DNA of 64,000 bases, from assembly GCA_973895155.1 (NCBI GenBank), contig OZ316893.1, forward strand, positions 5,904,171 through 5,968,170. The letters run 5' to 3'. The notes beneath the pieces were generated by a model that saw only the letters and a program-made list of their open reading frames with translations, did not search any database and was not told the origin of the DNA. Shown one piece after another: positions 51,650-63,504 of this stretch. Position 1 is the first letter of the stretch. Each line of letters opens with the position of its first letter. The position numbers were made by a program, and so were the translations under genes. Source of the DNA: Marsupella aquatica. Taxonomy: Eukaryota; Plantae; Marchantiophyta.

Positions 51650-52076
51650 TACCTGTTCAACTCCCCTTTTTATAAGTTGGACAAGTTTTTAGGTTCTTAT
51701 TATGGTCTTATATCCAATTGACCATGTTAGGTTTTGTTTTAGTCCATTAAACTCTTGTACCTATCAACTCAAGACAATGATGTGCCCATGGACTAACATT
51801 GGTCTTTTGAAATATGCCTCAGGGGTTTTACTTCCTCAAAATGACACATCACATACGATGAATGATAGGGTCATTTTATTGGCTTTAAAGGAAAACTTAA
51901 GAATTTTTTGAAAATAACATTAGGGTCTTTTAAATCTAAGATTTGATACATAAAATATTCCAATAATACATTAAAATCTTACATAAAATATTCCAAAAAA
52001 TTAAAATCTTACATTTTAGGGATTCTAAGGCCTCAAAAATGTTGCGAGTGATGGGGAGGCCTCCATATAGTGACAC
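51650..52076. mobile_element. Non-autonomous element: left part homologous to the hAT MITE at 22268, right part an inverted homolog of 19495-19790
   Basis: caactccccttttt..caattgaccat..cttgtacct.tcaactcaag shared with 22278-22390. Confidence 0.65.
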
Positions 52077-53039
52077 CTGCAAGAAGGCCACATGGACCAC
52101 ATTTTGAGTTTAATTGTAATGACTTGATGCTCATGAATTCGTGCATCCGGTTCTAGATCCAGACCTTCAAGTTTGGCCAAAAACTTGGTTGATGACTCCA
52201 TTTGCACTTCCAACAATCAACAAAGAGAGTTAAACCATATTTAAATATTTAAGATGATTGAATATTTAGCCAAGGTAAAATTACCTACCACACAATACTT
52301 ACTGTCAACCGCAATAGATCCACCTAGTCAATTAACTTAACCCACGCAAGCACATCTCAAAACTTCCTAGTTTCAAGATGTAACATGCACACAAGATCAG
52401 TACAAGATGGGATCCAGGGATTGCTTTGATATAATCAATGTTGGTATTTATACTTGATCCCAATTTTTTGCCAAGTCCAAAAACAACTGGACTGAACCAA
52501 GGGTGGATCCCATCTGGTATTAATTAAATCACAATGCTAGCGTTATTGCTCCTAAAATTGTTTAGAAATTGATTCTATATCCTATATGGCCTGACCATAG
52601 GGGTTGTAAACCTTTTGCTATTCTTAAAGGTTGCAATATTAGGCACAATGATTACTATTGATTTCATTTGCAAAAGTTGCAATAAACTATATTTGCAAAA
52701 TATTTCTACGTTCCAAAAGCACGCTTATAGCCTAATGGTGTTCAGAATTACGGGGCAAGGAGGCAGACCATTGCAGCCTGGCATGGGGAGGCAACCGGCC
52801 AGGTTTAGGATAGGTCTAGGGCCACTCCAAATATGAAGAAATAATGTGTCCAGCATCAACTGCCAGTATTTTCTCCCCACCTGTAAGTTTTGTAGATAGA
52901 CCAAGGACACTTTTGGCCAGATTGCAGAGTATGGTTCTCGATAAGCCCTCTTAGCCTTGATTGCTAGTTTCACAATTTTTTTCACAATAACACTAATTAG
53001 ATGCTAACACTAAAGCTCTGAAGTGTGTATAAACTTATG

Positions 53040-53125
53040 AAAGTGCCAAGTGGCAAAAGCGTAGTGCAACGGGTGGCACTTTGCAGCATGCAAAATGTAG
53101 TGATCAGAACTTGTGACACGTGTAA
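53040..53125 (+). promoter_or_regulatory. Putative ABA/dehydration-type promoter motifs (ABRE/G-box GACACGTG, RY-like CATGCA)
   Basis: gacacgtg at ~53115 and gcatgca at ~53086, upstream of the LEA-like ORF; short motifs could occur by chance. Confidence 0.35.
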
Positions 53126-53600
53126 TCAGATTGTCAGGTGCCGTCTAATTGCCGAGTGAGAACCTTGATTCAAGTGACTAATTGGATTGTGATTGCCATC
53201 TGATTGTTGGCCGAGTTCGAAGCTTGCCATAACTCTGACCGAGGCTTTTCAATTTGATTTGGGAAAGTTGAGAAGTGTCACTAAGTGCTTGTGAGTTGCC
53301 ACTTGGTTTGGTCGAGTCCGGGGCTTGACGTACTTGATTTCGGAACGACTGACATCTCACCGAGGTTGCCAATTTTGATCTGGTGAAGTGAGGAGCTTGA
53401 GCTTGACAGAATTGTATCAGTTGCCATTCTGTTTGGTCGAGTGCGAAGCTTGACATAACTCGGAGCAAGCGACAGAAGCTTTTACAATTTTGATCACTCA
53501 GGGAAAGCGAGGAGCTTCATAGAATTAAATTCCGAGTAGGCCACAGTTTACAGCACCTTGAGGAGAGAGTCTCTCCGAGCGATTCCCTGTGAAGATTGAT

Positions 53601-54137
53601 ATGGCTTCCGAGCAAGCCCCACTAGGGCACTCCACCGTGGAATCCTCTGAGCTGGGAGCGGCGCCCACCACACCAGAAGCTACAGGAGGCAATCGAGACG
53701 AGCCTACCGCGAAGCTGGACATGGGTTCCGAGCGAGCCCCAGTAGGCCACACCACCGTGGAATCCTCTGAGCCGGGAGCAGCGACCACCGTAGCAGGAGC
53801 TCCAGGAGGCAATCCGTCGAGAAACCCAATCCCTTACGACGATGACGAGTTCAATACAAAGGTGAAGGACACCGAGACGCAGGTTGTTGGGGGCTTTCAG
53901 AAGGCATTTAGTCATCTCCAGCGACCCACAGGAGACACCACCACTCAAGGGACGGGACGCAGGGCATTCAAGAACCGGTTGGATGATGATGACAGCATCG
54001 AGAAGCAAATGAAGGACACAACGGCTCAGGTGGTGGGCACATTCAAGGGGCTGTCTTCTGCGTTTCATCAAGCTGGGCAGAAGTTAGGAGCCGGGGTCAA
54101 AAAAACCGATTCTTCTGAGACAGAGGTGCGGAAATAG
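53601..54137 (+). CDS. Small hydrophilic repeat protein (LEA-like / intrinsically disordered), 178 aa
   Basis: Clean ORF in GC-richer coding-like sequence; two ~39-aa repeats (MASEQAPLGHSTVESSE / MGSERAPVGHTTVESSE) and two DDD..KxKDTxxQVVGxF repeats; no Cys or Trp. Confidence 0.65.
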   Translation: MASEQAPLGHSTVESSELGAAPTTPEATGGNRDEPTAKLDMGSERAPVGHTTVESSEPGAATTVAGAPGGNPSRNPIPYDDDEFNTKVKDTETQVVGGFQKAFSHLQRPTGDTTTQGTGRRAFKNRLDDDDSIEKQMKDTTAQVVGTFKGLSSAFHQAGQKLGAGVKKTDSSETEVRK

Positions 54138-55508
54138 GTCACTCGACATAGCCAATTACATTCTGAGGGAATCCGACATTGCAGAAGTAACGTACTCCAC
54201 AACCACCTACAGCTGCTCAATCTTGATGGCTGCAAGGTTAGTATGTTGAGTGGAGCTTCGAGGTTCAGATCAAGACCTCAAGGTACTTCTGTCTTGGATT
54301 GCGATTCTTTGCAATCGTTGGAAGCAAAACAAAGACCTCAAGGTACTGCCAAGTAACATTCCAGCCGTACCCAATTTGAGTTAGAAATATCAGCGATCTG
54401 TAGCTGCTAGGTATGTTCCTCCTTGCTACAAGTTAGGAAGATATCTAGCGTTAGACCTCTAGCGTCGTCTCTGTACAAATATTGAAGCATTATTTAGCGA
54501 TCATGGGGCTCTGAAAACAGTACCCGAAAGGTGGAGCGGTGTGGAGTGACACCAATTTCCTTTGGCCAAGTGTTTGGACATGAAATATCCAAGTTTTATT
54601 CTAAAATTACGAACTCTAACCTGACGAAACTTTCTGTTCTACCATCGATCTTCAAAAGCAGTTGAACATTGCTTTATTAGTTGGGGACTTGCTCATAAAT
54701 GTTTTGACTATGGTCTCATGCCACTTCAGAATGAGCACTGGTGAAAACAGTCTGGTTGATGAATGTCGTTGACTAATATGCATGTGTGGGATGCTACTAG
54801 TGTTGTCACCAATCTTTCAGACCCTCAAAATTATTTGAATCCACTTCCTTGCTTTCAGAACTGGCTCAAAATTATGTGATAGGATCAAAGGGGACGGTAC
54901 GTCTCACCAAAATGAAGGTGCTGTTCAAACTGGAGCATGATCGATCTGTTTCGAAGAGACATCACATGGGTTGATCGTAAATCCGGGTTAGTGATCCGGT
55001 TACCGTTGGGTGAAGTTTTCCGTCCATGGTCCCAATTACCATAATCTCGCCTCCTGACATAACGGAAAAACATAATGTGCGTACCGAATCTCATAATGGT
55101 TGGACCGAAATTTTGGATACATCCCGTAATGGCTGGATGGAAATACATAATGTGCCTCTGGATTCCTGCAATGGTTGGATGGAAAACTCAAGAAAAGTCT
55201 TTTTGTGTGGATGTTTCGCACTGACTGGATGTCACAAGTATCTTTTCAGTGACGAAAATATATGAATGGCTGGATGGAAATGGTTCTTTCATCAGAGCAA
55301 ATTTCTGAGTGTTCTTGACGAAACTTGGGAGGGCAATTTCTTGTAATAACTATTTGTTGGAACAAGCTTAATGCAACATGGATACACAATTTCGAAACAA
55401 AAGACACAGATCTGTGAAATATTTCCATTTATTCAGAGGGGATCCAAAAACTGATCAACCCGAGAGCTAGTACATTGCCTCAATAGAGCATCAATATCTC
55501 AAAAAGAA

Positions 55509-57212
55509 TTACTCTGGAGCTATACTATTCTCTTCGTCATCCTTGGTACTGGGCTGAACAACCTTTATTGTCACACTACAATTATGGAACGAATTCCCTG
55601 TCAGATTAGTTCCTACAGTCAAACGAGACTTCGGCAACTTCGACATTTTCTGAAACAGCTCTGGATTCTTGGTCATAATCTCATTCTCCCAATCAAAATT
55701 GTCAGTAGACTCCCATCTTGATCTCTTGTTGTTTGAACAGTCGGACACATTGGTCAAAGCTTCAGTGGACTCCAACATCATATCACTGTTCTCCTTCCCA
55801 CGTCCTTCATCTTGTACCTGTCGTTTCAAACCAGAAATGAAGTAAAAAACATACACTATAAACCAGATGAGGAGCAACTGATTACAAATTAGGAAGGAGG
55901 TCTGTTTACCTACCGGCAAGTGATTGGTGATGGCCAATGGCATATTCTCGCCCACCCTGCTGACAAGAGGCTTCAAACCAGAGCACGAGCCAACCAGCTC
56001 CTCTTGGACAAATTGTTTAGAAACATGTGTTAAGGCTTTCTCGTAGCTCAGTTTAGGATGAGCAGACACTAAAGTGGCAGCTTCCATTTTAAGTCTCTGA
56101 GTACGATCATACCTCAAGTAGCCCCCAGTTGAATGGTGTCCGCTGATTAGCATACCTACAACATCAGGAACTCCTCGAGCAGCCATTCGGGTGATAAGAG
56201 TAGCTCTCCCACTACGATTGGTGAACAGTTCAGGTTGCAATCCAACTAACAGAGCCATGTTTTTCAACCACTTATCAGCAGTTTCTCTCCCCACCTTGTG
56301 AGACATGTTGTACCAGTTAATCCTAGCTGGTTTTGTGATGGCCTGCATAAACAAATCAGGTTTGTGTGTTTCTTCTTGAGACGGCAAATGCTGCTTGTAT
56401 TGCTTCACCGTCATGAGAAAGTCCTGGTCATAACTGTGAAAAACATTTCTAAATTGCTCTTCCTGGTATCTCTGGAGTGTGTACGAATTGTTCTTGCTCT
56501 GCCTCTCTTCGAACCTGCCCCATAGAGACCACATAAAACCTGGTCAGTCAAGCAATATAGCAAGAAACTTGATACATTTATTGAATCAAACAAATATGAC
56601 GTACTTACATCACATATTCTCTTCCTGCTTTGTCTAGGCAAGTGGTCAAGTCGTTACAGTGCAAGTTGTACATCTCCCCTCCTCCTCGAAGACCCAGCCT
56701 GACAAGACAAAAGAATGCCAATCGCTTCTGACATCCATGGCTGTAGGTCATCTGATGATCAATGTCTGCTAAGATAGCCTTCTCCATCTCCTCTGTCAAG
56801 ACTTCTACCTGCAAGTTTCAAAACACAATCAAATGTGAACAAACAGCAAATGCAGATCAACTTCGACAGAAAATAAGATCAAGATACATACCTTCTTCCT
56901 CTTTTTGTTTACTCCATCCTTGGCACTCTTCTTGATGGCAGCATTGAGTACCATGCGAGTTCTAGCAAAAGCTGGATGAGCGGTAATGTTAAAATCTTTC
57001 TCCAACAAGTTTACCTCACCTCTCAGTGATCGAATGTCGCTTGCATGCCTCAAGATTCGGTTAAAACCATTCATCATATTCATAAGAGTGGCTGAAGGAT
57101 ATGGAGTACCGTCCACCTTCACAGCTCTCGTAAACAGATTGCTAAGCAGCTCATCAAGCTGCTGTAAAGGGAGATTCCTGAGAGGAATCATCATGTCCCA
57201 GCCTAAACCCAA
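55509..57212 (-). CDS. DUF3504/CryptonA-type tyrosine recombinase. Exons ~57212-56892, 56808-56609, ~56514-55509; further 5' exons interrupted by a solo LTR
   Basis: KVDGTPYPSATL, GLRGGGE, SKN, WY..VG, FTNRSGRAT, ISGHHS, LRY and C-terminal FHNCSVTI; GT-AG introns keep the frame. Confidence 0.85.
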
Positions 57213-57516
57213 TTGGAGGTTTCAGCACGTCTTAATGCCCATCGATCGTTGCTATGTGAGGCCGACTTCTCCTCCCCTCTACTAGTGCAGGGTCGGGAAG
57301 TGCCCGTAACCCTGGCATACTTACCTGCAACTGCTCAACAGGCCCTGCACAGGAAAGAGTAGAGAGAACTTCAACAGACAGCTTCTCTAGCAGTTTCGTC
57401 AAAAACACTGTGTAAATCGATATCTTCAAGCTCAGACGGTTGCTCATTCTGTAGCTCCTCAACATATAGGTAATCAAGATCGCCAGCACTCCACTCCGTT
57501 CTAGCTCCATCTTCGG

Positions 57517-59857
57517 TGTGACGCCAATGACATGGTCCTTATTTTGTAATCTGATTAACTAGGTTGCTGTATGCAAGGAGTAGCTATTGATACCGCATAA
57601 CAATTAGCAAGATGGCAAGAATAAGGGCAATCATGGCGTTAAGAGTAGGGAAATAAAAGCTATGTCGCGGGTGATCGGTGACCATATCTCTTTCAATATG
57701 TCACCAAATCCGGATCTGTAAAGAGCATTGGAAAGATCTGGTCAAGGCGAGTAAAATCAATATAAAACACTCGGGAAACGGAGGTGTATTAAGGAAGATA
57801 CAGCCTGATTAGTGTGATGGGTTAACTTGTGGCCGGAATTAGCGGATTCGGCTTCAGTTTCGGGTTAACCCAAGCTCGACCATGGCTTAGCTTATGTGAG
57901 CACGGCTTCAGCTTAGCTTAGGTAAGCACGGCTTCAGCTTAGCTCAGGTAAGCACGGCTTCAGCTTAGCTCAGGTAAGCATAGGTAAGCTCGGGTTCGGG
58001 CTCAGCTTAGGTTAGCGGTTAGCGGTTAGCGGATAGCGGATAGCGGCCTAACCCGAGACCACGGGTTAGCTCTACTCGGGTTAGATAGGATAGCTAGGTT
58101 AGCCGAACTCGGGTTAGCGCGGCAGTGAGTACCCCCTCTCGGTTGCGGGGGCATAACTCTCTGTGTATTTGACCAAATCGGCTATAATTGACCTCGTTGG
58201 AAAGAGGAGCTCAAGCCGCTTCCAACGCTGCTATCCACGCAGCAAATGGTTGAATAGAGAAATCAGGAGAGGAGGCGCAAGCTCGCAAAAACCATGGAGG
58301 AGGGCCGAATCCGAAGTACATAGCCAATTCGAGATAGAAATAAAGTTGCGAGTTAGGGTTCAGTAGTTAGAGATAGTGGCAGCTCTGTTAGGGCTGGGAT
58401 GGGGCTCCAACAGCGTAGTATCCACCCATTTGGGCTCAGTATGAGAGTATATAGAGCAGCCCCCGATAGAGGCAGGGGGGAACTTCAGTTGTGTGATCTC
58501 ACTTAGACTGAGCAACAGGGAGGAGCTCTGTGCAAGCAAGGCTGGACTTGGACGCTGCGTGTTGGGGAGAGCTTGGTTGTGCTATTACTCAGGGAGTAAT
58601 CAGCCAAGCTTCACAGCAACGGGTTGCTAGGTTTGCGAGCTGGATTGTGGCTCTTTCTAGTGGGTAGCACAACTGGGTTCTTTTCCCCCGATACAGAGCC
58701 TTGGTGATAGGTGATGTATTGGTGATTGTAAACTGTGGGGAGGATGTCAATTTGATTTGTGGTGAGCACATTAGGGAGGATGAGACATTGATTGAGGGGC
58801 AACAGGAGGAGCATTTATAGTTCAGTCTGGCAAGGCTACGTGATCCATGGGGAGTCCCGGCCTTTGTCTGTGGAGAGCACTTAGGGATCTATGGCCAGAG
58901 CTGAGCTTGCAGGGCAAGCGTGAGGCCGGGCCTCATTGTAGTCTGGGGTAGATCGCCGTTAGGCCTGGTACCAGCTTTGAAGTCGAGTCAACTATGCATG
59001 CGTACTTGACATTCTGAATTGGAGATGTGAGATCTGTATGTGCCCCCAAGAATGAAGTGCAGTGAAGGAGGTTGAGTTCAGGATTGAGTTTGCAAGGCAA
59101 GTACGGGATTGGTTCGAGTCCAATCTGCCGTCGCAATCTGGAGTGAGCCGGGTTCAGGTTCAGGATTGAGCTTGCATGGCAAGCACGGGGCTTCCGGGCC
59201 AAGCACGTCGCAATCTGGAGTAGACAGCCTTCGGGACTATTGTTCGAATCAAGTGTTCTCAATGAACTATTGCGCACATCTTTGAATCTAATTGAGTTTT
59301 CCTCTCAGGCCTCATTTCTCTCATGGATGTGTGTGTGAGTGAGGCAATCTGAGTGTATGATGGGACTAGCAGCGCCACTGAGAGGTGTACAGGGTGCATT
59401 GAAGCGGGCTGGGTGAGGACTGTCATAGCTCTGATTGCTGAGAGTGGAATGGCAGAGTGGTGGGGCAATGGCTTAGAAGTCCCTAAGCCGGGAATCAGTC
59501 AGGAGTCACTAGTTTATGGGTACATTCCGGCGGCGGAATAGAAACATACCTATGACAGTAAGCATACGTATAGACCTATGCGCACCGTAGCGCTAGGCCC
59601 TGTGTGTACGGGCCCGATATGAAGACCCATTCTCACCAGAACTATCATGAGCGCAGATCTGATCCCCAACCTTGGTTCCTTGGGATTGAGCTTGGGTGAT
59701 GTGTGAGGGAGTCTTGCTATGATAGTCTGGTGTTAAGGGCATAAACTGGTGTTTACTGGCCTTCACAACATCCCTTCGTGATCCTCAGGTACAAGGAGAT
59801 GGTTTTGGCACCCATAGTGACGTCTTTGGTGTTAAGACCCATGTCAATCGCGTGACA
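57517..59857. mobile_element. 2.3-kb solo LTR inserted in the 5' part of the Crypton gene
   Basis: TGTGAC...GTGACA termini; exact 5-bp TSD TTCGG (57512-57516, 59858-59862); no gag/pol. Confidence 0.9.
57885..58120. repeat. Tandem 27-bp and 7-bp repeats inside the solo LTR
   Basis: gcacggcttcagcttagctcaggtaa x3-4 and (gg(t/a)tagc)n. Confidence 0.9.
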
Positions 59858-60362
59858 TTCGGTCAACTCCTCCATCCTCCCATATCCTTGCAGCACCGAC
59901 TGCACAGATTCAGTAATGGTCAAAAATGAGACAAGTCGATGCTTAGCCACAGCCATTAAACATATAGTAGCAGCAGATTCTACCAGCACTTATTCACATG
60001 CAAAAACGACATTGCAAAAACGCAAAATAGCGGGCAAAACAACAGCAAGCGAGCACAAATAGATTTCAAAATGAGCAGATATCGTCATCCGCCATTCCCC
60101 GCTTCGAGCAACTCGCAACATCTCAACATCCGCCATACCCCGCTCACAGCAACTAGCCTCCATCACTGTGCAACTGGCCCCCATTCCTCTGCACTCCCAG
60201 CGCCACTCTCGACAAGAGGTCTCTCCTATTTTGATACCCTAAACTGAAAACGTTTGAATGTGCTGCAGTTGTCGCTCTTGCCTTGCTTTACCCCTGGAAA
60301 ATTCGATACCCTGCTCTCATTGGTCAAACCGGTAACCGGATCACTAATCCGGATTTACGTTC

Positions 60363-60511
60363 GGTAATGACGATCTGTGCCGTCCGTTACCGGGGAGAAC
60401 CGGTCCCCCCCGGTTCCTCCACAGTCACTCCCGGCTGCGGCCGGTCGTGGCTGTGTCAGAACCTGGTCGGTCCGCTACACCCCGGTAATGGACGACCAGA
60501 TCGTCATTACC
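60363..60511. mobile_element. 149-bp foldback/MITE-like element abutting the Crypton end
   Basis: GGTAATGACGATCTG..CGTCCGTTACCGGG / CCCGGTAATGGACG..CAGATCGTCATTACC, a ~31-bp inverted repeat; no TSD seen. Confidence 0.7.
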
Positions 60512-62141
60512 TTATACATAACGAGGAAGAGGAAACCAAGCGATTAGGCATACAAGTCCATATCTGGCTTGCCCAAGAGTATACAATCGCCCCCGTCCCA
60601 GCCAGATAAATTCTCTTCCAGGAAGACAAGTTTTTAATTTTTAACAGTTGTAGCAACGACATCAAATGGCTATTTCAAAGTTTCGAAAGCAAACACAGCC
60701 CATGGTGTCACCTTTTAGCCCCCTATCTTCAACTTCACCACTCGTCATCATCTTCGTCTATTTCTTCACACTTAGCAATCTGGTAATGTGGGAATCAAAT
60801 CTCACCTAATCGTGCAACTAACTGTATAATTGTGAAGCAAAGCTACTGTAGATTTAGAGTCTAAATGCTTCATTCTGAACATCACTCTGGAAATGTGACT
60901 TGGGGGGTGGTCGGAAGGGTATAAAGCATTGGGGGACAAGAGTACACCAAAGGGCTGGGGGCGACACTATAATTGGTCTAGTGATTGAAGGGGATGAGTG
61001 TTAATGAGGACGATGAATTACTTTTGCTAATTTAAACACTATCCACTCTCATACAAGCTCCTGCCAAATCACTCCCATAGTCTCTTTACAGAATTGAAAA
61101 ATTAGGGAACAATGTTCCACCTGTAGATGTTGTTGAGTGTTATTCAAGACTTTTGGATTGACTGAAATGAGTACCCAAGATTGTACTCTCCCAACTGATG
61201 TTGTCAGGGTTATTTGAGACTCTTGGATTGACTCGAATGGGTATCCAAGATTGTTTTTACAGTTGGGTCCAAGGTATATAATACATACATAACTGTGCTG
61301 GCTATACTATTATGGCATAGGGTGCTTTTTGGCTTAGTTATTGGAGAAATCAATTGACCTAACAAGTTTTTGGCATGGAGCACTAATGGGGAATGAAAGG
61401 TTTTTGGCTGTTTGCTCTTAAGAAGTGAATTTTCATTTTTTGGGGTTAACTTTGTCTTTAATTTTTTCCCAAACTTTTCCTTCAGTTTCTCTTTTTTGAT
61501 GGTGTTGGAGGGAGCAAAAAGGGGGAGGGTGAGGGAGTGAGGAAGGGAGGGCATGGTGGCAGGGAATGAGGAGGCAAAAAATGGTCAAAAAGTTTTCCTC
61601 CATATGTTTTGGTGCATAAAGCATTCTACAACACCACCTGGACCCCATGATGCCCCAGACATTGTTACCCACCTTGTGTCCCCCCTCCTTGCCCTCCACA
61701 ACCTCACCCTCCCCAAAATTATTATTTTTACAACAATAACATGAACTAAAGTGACAACAGTTTTTCATCAACAATCAATAAACCCAAACAATGATACTTA
61801 CTTACTTGTTCACAGAATGGTTGCATAAATGACATAGCCAGAATGACGACATTTCAACATTCAGCTGCCTCACCTGCATGTTTTTGTCACACCTCAACAT
61901 TTATGGAGCATTATCACCACCATTGACAACATGGTTGCAATGATCATTGTGTGCATGGGCATTGGATTAATTATAAATAGAACCATAATTAAACCCTTAG
62001 TTTGCGATTAGAGACGAACCTCAAGATCGAGGCTAATTAATGAGATTATCATTGATTAGCCCCGTACCTTGCTGCCCGCTGCCCAGTATTACGGACATTT
62101 GAATAAGGATAAATACCTGGGGCGAGTCGTTCTGGACACCA

Positions 62142-62216
62142 GCTGCCCCTAGTCTTGGTGGTAGAGGGAGCTCACTGGCACGGGGCAGGTTTCCGGTTCG
62201 AATCCTGCTAGTGGCA
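62142..62216 (+). other. Degenerate tRNA-like sequence (SINE head or tRNA pseudogene)
   Basis: A-box-like TAGTCTTGGTGG and B-box GGTTCGAATCC at tRNA spacing; partial acceptor stem GCTGC/GTGGC. Confidence 0.5.
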
Positions 62217-63504
62217 ATGTGCAACTTTTGTCAATCACCCCACCCAAAAGTGGGGATCATTCACCTTCTACTTACACTTAGAAAAAATATGAACGAGGAG
62301 AAGAAGATGCGGGCAGCGGGTGGTGAAAAGGTGCAGGAGGCTCATTATGAGCCTCGAAGTTGTCTTTCGTCCTGAATTGTATTGAACCTTTGGATCCCAT
62401 CAGCATTGAAGAGCATGTACTCACATTTGTATTGAAATATCCTTACATTCTGTCTTCGGTTCTGGTGATTGATTCTCAAGCTGGTTCTCACACATTAAAT
62501 GTGCACACTTAGTTACAATGACAACATGGTTCCAATTACATATGAGATTTCTCAACAACTTCCTTGTCTCACCTGCATTTCTTTGACTGGCCTCCACATC
62601 TTTTGAGCTGAACCTCTGCCAAATGAGTGGGGGTGTACCAGATAAGTTGTGGCATATCATGTGTGCCATTATTGGCTGGAGTGTATGGAAAGACCGGAGC
62701 TCTTTCCATAGAACACACAAAGTCCAACCCAGATGCACTCAATACAAAAAGCTTGGCACCGGCTTGGAGTTTACCTTCGCATGGTCTGGGCCAGACATCA
62801 TGCAAAGGTAAGGGCAGGGAAGGCCACCACAGCGAAGGCCTACCAGCCATGTGATTATGGGACACACTCCGGACTTTTGGAAGTACATGAGGACATACTT
62901 CATGTTCCCAGGTCCCACCCACCCGCCTTGAATCTGATCGTGTTTCACAAGAATTGATTCTGCACGGCAAGATAGACCAATAGATAAGTAAGCCTATCAC
63001 GGATGCACTGAATGAAACCTTGCCGGAACCTGAGCACTGGCTAGCCTCATGGAGCGAGCTTCTCGTGCTGCAGTAGTTAAATTTTTTGTTTGGCTGCTTA
63101 CCTCCTGGGAGGCTTAGTTTCTTTCCTAGTACCGGCCCCACCGGTTTAGATTACACTTCTGACCTCTGGTTCACCCGTTTGGTTTGCACTTCTGACCTCT
63201 GGTCCACCTTTGGCCTTGTCCTTGTGGTCGCCTCTTTGTATGCTGTTTTAGTGAATTGAATTCAAAAAGATCTTTCAAGTCAAAAGAGTCTACACCTAGC
63301 AAGACTACTAAGACTACCCAAATGAGTACATACGAGGTCAAGAGTGTAAGTAACACAAGGACGTCCCATAGTCCTATAGGTATGACCCTTCAGAAGTACT
63401 TCTCAACTGCTCTAATCAAACGTGGCGAGGGTGCACCTGCGCAAACCGCCCTGCTGATCAAGCAAAGCCGAGGAAATAAGGAAAGGGCCCAGTTGGCAAA
63501 TCCT

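Larger units (their letters stand above)
54974..60362 (-). mobile_element. Crypton-like tyrosine-recombinase DNA transposon
   Basis: 30-bp inverted repeat CGTAAATCCGGGTTAGTGATCCGGTTACCG (54976-55005) / CGGTAACCGGATCACTAATCCGGATTTACG (60330-60359), one mismatch, enclosing a spliced YR gene. Confidence 0.75.

Noticed and set aside
57318-57328. ATACTTACCTG, identical to the U1 snRNA 5' end
   Set aside because: No U1 similarity beyond 11 nt; it is the reverse complement of a consensus splice donor (CAGGTAAGTAT) of the minus-strand Crypton gene
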